From NCBI RefSeq assembly GCF_028641065.1, contig NC_073399.1, positions 9,176,001-9,240,000 on the forward strand: a stretch of DNA of 64,000 nucleotides, written 5' to 3'. The notes beneath the pieces were generated by a model. That model searched no databases. It was not told where the DNA came from and saw nothing but the letters and a program-made list of their open reading frames with translations. Shown one piece after another: positions 60,276 to 64,000 of this stretch. The stretch is from Leucoraja erinacea (lineage: Eukaryota). The translations under genes and the position numbers were made by a program. Numbering within the stretch: the stretch's first letter is position 1; each line of letters begins with the position of its first letter.

Positions 60276-62184
60276 TAAAAATAAATAACTCCTGCCTCAT
60301 TATCTTCTTCTTGCGTACGGCGTGCACAGCCTAAAGTTGTAGGACAACTTGTTCTATTTGATTGTGCACACTGGGTTGATTGCATTCATCGAAACGCGTG
60401 AAGGTTGCAATCTCCCACCCCACCTATATTATAAACATGACACTAAATGTGTACGATTCCAGTTGCAGTTTGGGTTTAATGTACCTGTACACAGAAAATA
60501 TCAGAAATTCTATACTTATCGACTTAAAAATCCCTCTGTAATATTTATGTCATTTTTCTATTTATTTTTATTTTTAAATAAACGTTAATCTTAAAAATAT
60601 GTACAAGGCACCAAACTACACTTGGCTTTCTTTACATTGTGTTGCTTAGTTTATACATTTGTACGGCGAGCACATTGCCTGTTACCTCAGTAAATAGGAA
60701 ACTCATTGTACCAGCAGCCACCGACTTTATGCAAACATAAGTGTAGGAGTAGGCCATTCGGCCCTTCGAGCCAGCACCCCCATTCAATATGATCATGGCT
60801 GATCATCCAAAATCAGTACCCCGTTCCTGCTTTCTCCCCATATCCCTTGATTACGTTAGCCCTCAAGAGCTAAATCTAACTCTTTTTAATACATCCAGTG
60901 AATCGGCCTCCACTGCCTTCTGTGGCAGAGGATTCCACAGATTCACAACTCTTTTCCTCATCTCACTCCCTAAATGGCCAACCCCTTATTTTTAAACTGT
61001 GACCCCTGGTTCTGGACTCCCCCAACATGGGGAACATTTTTCCTGCATCCAGCATCCAATCCCTTAAGAATTTAATATGTTTCTAAAAGATCCCCTCTCA
61101 TTCTTCTAAATTCCAGTGTCTACTATCATTATAGACCTCAGTCTTTTCTCTTCACCCAGCAGTGTTTGTTCTCTCCATAGCTGCAACTTCAAGACTGGTG
61201 CTGAAAGATAAAGATGTACTGCTTGTATTTAATGTGCATGTTATGAATAAAGTACATTTCCGAAATAGGTAAATGAATGGAGACTGTGAATGGGTGAAAT
61301 GTTCAAGTACGTGGCACGGTGGCACAGCATTAGAGTTGCTGCCTCATGGCTACAGTGCCCACACTACTCAATGACAAACAACAGAATTACTTTCAAAATC
61401 ACTTTAATTATCTTTGATTAAAACAGTGTTGAGTTACTGTGGCCACTGACAGTCCCACAGCGACATTTACAGACACCGATTGGAGTTAATCAGAATTTTA
61501 TTTAAAACAGTTTCCATCTAATCCTGTGCTCATCATAACTCGATGCAACGCACAAAGATTCTATCAGCTGCCCGATTCCCCCTGTAAGAGTGAGAAAGGC
61601 TGAGATGGAACCACTTCAATGATTCAGTTTTAGGATCGGATTACTAACTACTGTAAAGCCCTTCACTGTAAACAAGTTCACCATTAAAATTCTTCTGACG
61701 AAAATCAAGTTTCCTTCAAGCCGTAAATGTTTGCTCCCCAAATTTTCCAATGTAAACTGTTCCAAGAGAAAGGAGTGCATCAGGAAATGCAGCAACTAAT
61801 TGTCTACAGTATTCCGCTTGGAACTTTGACCTACACCAGGCTGATCCATTGCCAACTTATGAAAAAGCCTTGCTTCTTGGGTAAGGTCTAAATAAAGTGC
61901 TGACCTTCACAAACCTGCAAACTAAACTATTGAGTATAGAGGATAGACACAAAATGCAGGACTAGCTCAGCAGGACAGGCAGCATCTCTGGAGTGAAGGA
62001 ATGGGTGACGTTTTGGGTCGAGACCCTTCCTCAGACTAAAGATCGGCCCTGACCTCTACCTCTTTAATTGGACTTTACTTTATCTTGCACTAAATGTTAT
62101 TCCCTTTGCCTGATCTGCTGAGTTACTCCAGCATTTTGTGTCTATCTTCAGTGTAAACCAGCATCAGCAGTTCCTTCCAACACA

Positions 62185-63170
62185 TATTGAGTGTAGAAGT
62201 TGGGAAGTCATGCTCCAGTTGTATAAGATGTCGGCGAGGCCACATTTAGAGTATTGTGTTCAGTTCTGGGCACCATGTTGTAGGAAAGACGTTGTCAAGT
62301 TGGGAAGGGTACAGAGAAAGTTTACAAGGAGGTTGCCAGGACTCGAGGGTTTGAGCTATAGGGGAGAGGTTGATCAGGATGGGACTCTTCTTTGGAGCGC
62401 AGGAGGGTGAGCAGTGATCTTATAGAGGTGTATAAAATCAGGAGAGGAATAGATCGGGTAGATGCATACTTTCTTGCCCAGAATAGGGGAATTCAAGAAC
62501 CAGAGGGCATAGGTTTAAGGTGAAGGGGGAAATGATTTCGTAGGAATCTGAGGGGGTCACTGAATTGCTGGAAATGCCTCTCATACATGTCACTGATCCT
62601 TGCCCCTACATTATTTGTTGGTTATGTAGAAATGGACCAAAGCTTACCGGGGAGGGGCAAAACACAGAGCAAGGGGAATGACCGAGGCTTAGAATATACA
62701 TTAATAATCAACATTATTGTGAGCAGTTTTGGGCCGCCTCTCTGAGGAAAGATGTGCTGGTGTTGGAGAGGGTCCAGAGGAGGTTGACCTGGTTAACATG
62801 TGATGAGCGCTTGTCAGCACTAGGCCTGTACTCGCTGGAGTTTAGACGGTTGAAGGGGGGACCTCATTGAAACTTACAGAATAGGGAAAGGCCTGGATAG
62901 AGTGGATGTGGAGAGGATGTTTCCACTAGTGGGAGAGTCAGGAGGGGAGGCCATGGCCTCAGAATAAAAGGATGTACCTTTTGAAAGGAGACGAGGAGGA
63001 ATTTCTTCAGTCAGAGGGTGGTGAATCTGTGGAATTCATTGCCACAGGCGGCTGTGGAGGCCGTCAATGGATATATTTAAGGCAGAGCTAGGTAGATTCT
63101 TGGTTTGGACGGGTGTCAGGGGTTGTGGGGAGAAGACCGGAGAATGGGGTTGGGAGGGAGAGATAGATCA
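62185..63170 (+). mobile_element. Two CR1-like LINE fragments
   Basis: [36 protein letters not shown] (62185-62550) and a second copy at 62715-63170. Confidence 0.78.
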
Positions 63171-63239
63171 GTGACATTCCTGCATTAGTTACGCTGTTTG
63201 CTGGAGATACAAGGAGCAGGCTTGCTGCTGCCCAGTACA

Positions 63240-64000
63240 AGTCCCAGTAGACATAAAATGCTGGAGATACTCAGCTTGTGAGGCAGTATCTATGGAGACA
63301 AGGAATAGGCGACGCTTCGGGTCGAGACCCTTCTTCAGATTGATGTCGGTGGGGGGGGGGGGAGGAAAGAAAGGAAGAGGCGGAAGACTGTAGGCTTGTT
63401 GGAGAGCTGGGAGAGCTACACCTCTATTATGTAAAAGAATATGTGTGTTATGATTTTGTTTATAATTTGTTTGGTTGTTTTGTTGTTTGTCTTTTGCACA
63501 AAAGTCCGCGAGCATTGCCACTTTCATTTCACTGCACATCTCGTATGTGTATGTGACAAATAAACTTCACTTGACTTGGAAGGGGAGGGGAAGGAGGGAG
63601 AAAGCAAAGACTGTCTGAAATCAGAAGTCGATGTTCATACCGCTGGGGTGTAAACTACCCAATGAAAATATGAGGTGCTGTTCCTCCAATTTGCGCTGGG
63701 CCTCACTCTGGCAATGGAGGAGGCCCAGGACAGAAAGGTCAGATTGGGAATGAGAGGGGTTGAAGTGCTGAGCCACCGGGAGATCAGGTTGGTTAGTGCG
63801 AACTGAGTGGAGGTGTTGGGCGAATCGATCGCCGAGCCTACGCTTGGTCTCGCCGATGTAGAGCAGTTGTCACCTGGAACAGCGGATACAGTAGATGAGG
63901 TTGGAGGAGGTGCAGGTGAACCTCTGCCTCACCTGGAATGACCGATTGGGTCCTTGGATGACGTCGAGAGGGGATGTAATGCGACAAGTGCCAGTGATGC
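63240..64000 (-). mobile_element. Penelope-like element 3' portion, with an internal LINE-tail insertion
   Basis: Minus strand: VRQRFTCTSSNLIYCIRCSR..LLYIGETKRRLGDRFAQHLHSV...KLEEQHLIF (GIY-YIG). Confidence 0.82.

Overview
Repeat-rich vertebrate genomic DNA, most likely a cartilaginous fish such as a skate or ray (inferred from abundant HE1-like V-SINEs, HER1/CR1-like LINEs and Penelope-like elements). It carries the syntenic block known from human 17q25.3: SLC25A10 (minus strand, exons 1-2 only, gene runs off the left edge), MRPL12 (minus, 5 exons, 185 aa), HGS/Hrs (minus, 21 coding exons, about 755 aa) and, head-to-head with HGS, ARL16 (plus, 5 exons, about 176 aa, U12-type AT-AC first intron). 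Exons were read by hand from splice sites and compared with the human proteins from memory. Two exons have 1-nt indels and 3.0-6.9 kb looks like low-quality consensus, so assembly errors are likely. There is an N gap at 31059-31199. Most notable: (1) a ~918-bp TIR element in the HGS/ARL16 bidirectional promoter flanked by an unusually long 28-30-bp direct repeat that duplicates an RFX X-box; (2) no AUG at the conserved ARL16 start position; (3) many Penelope-derived termini carrying a minimal hammerhead-ribozyme core, often as inverted pairs, one of them in sense orientation inside the ARL16 minor intron.
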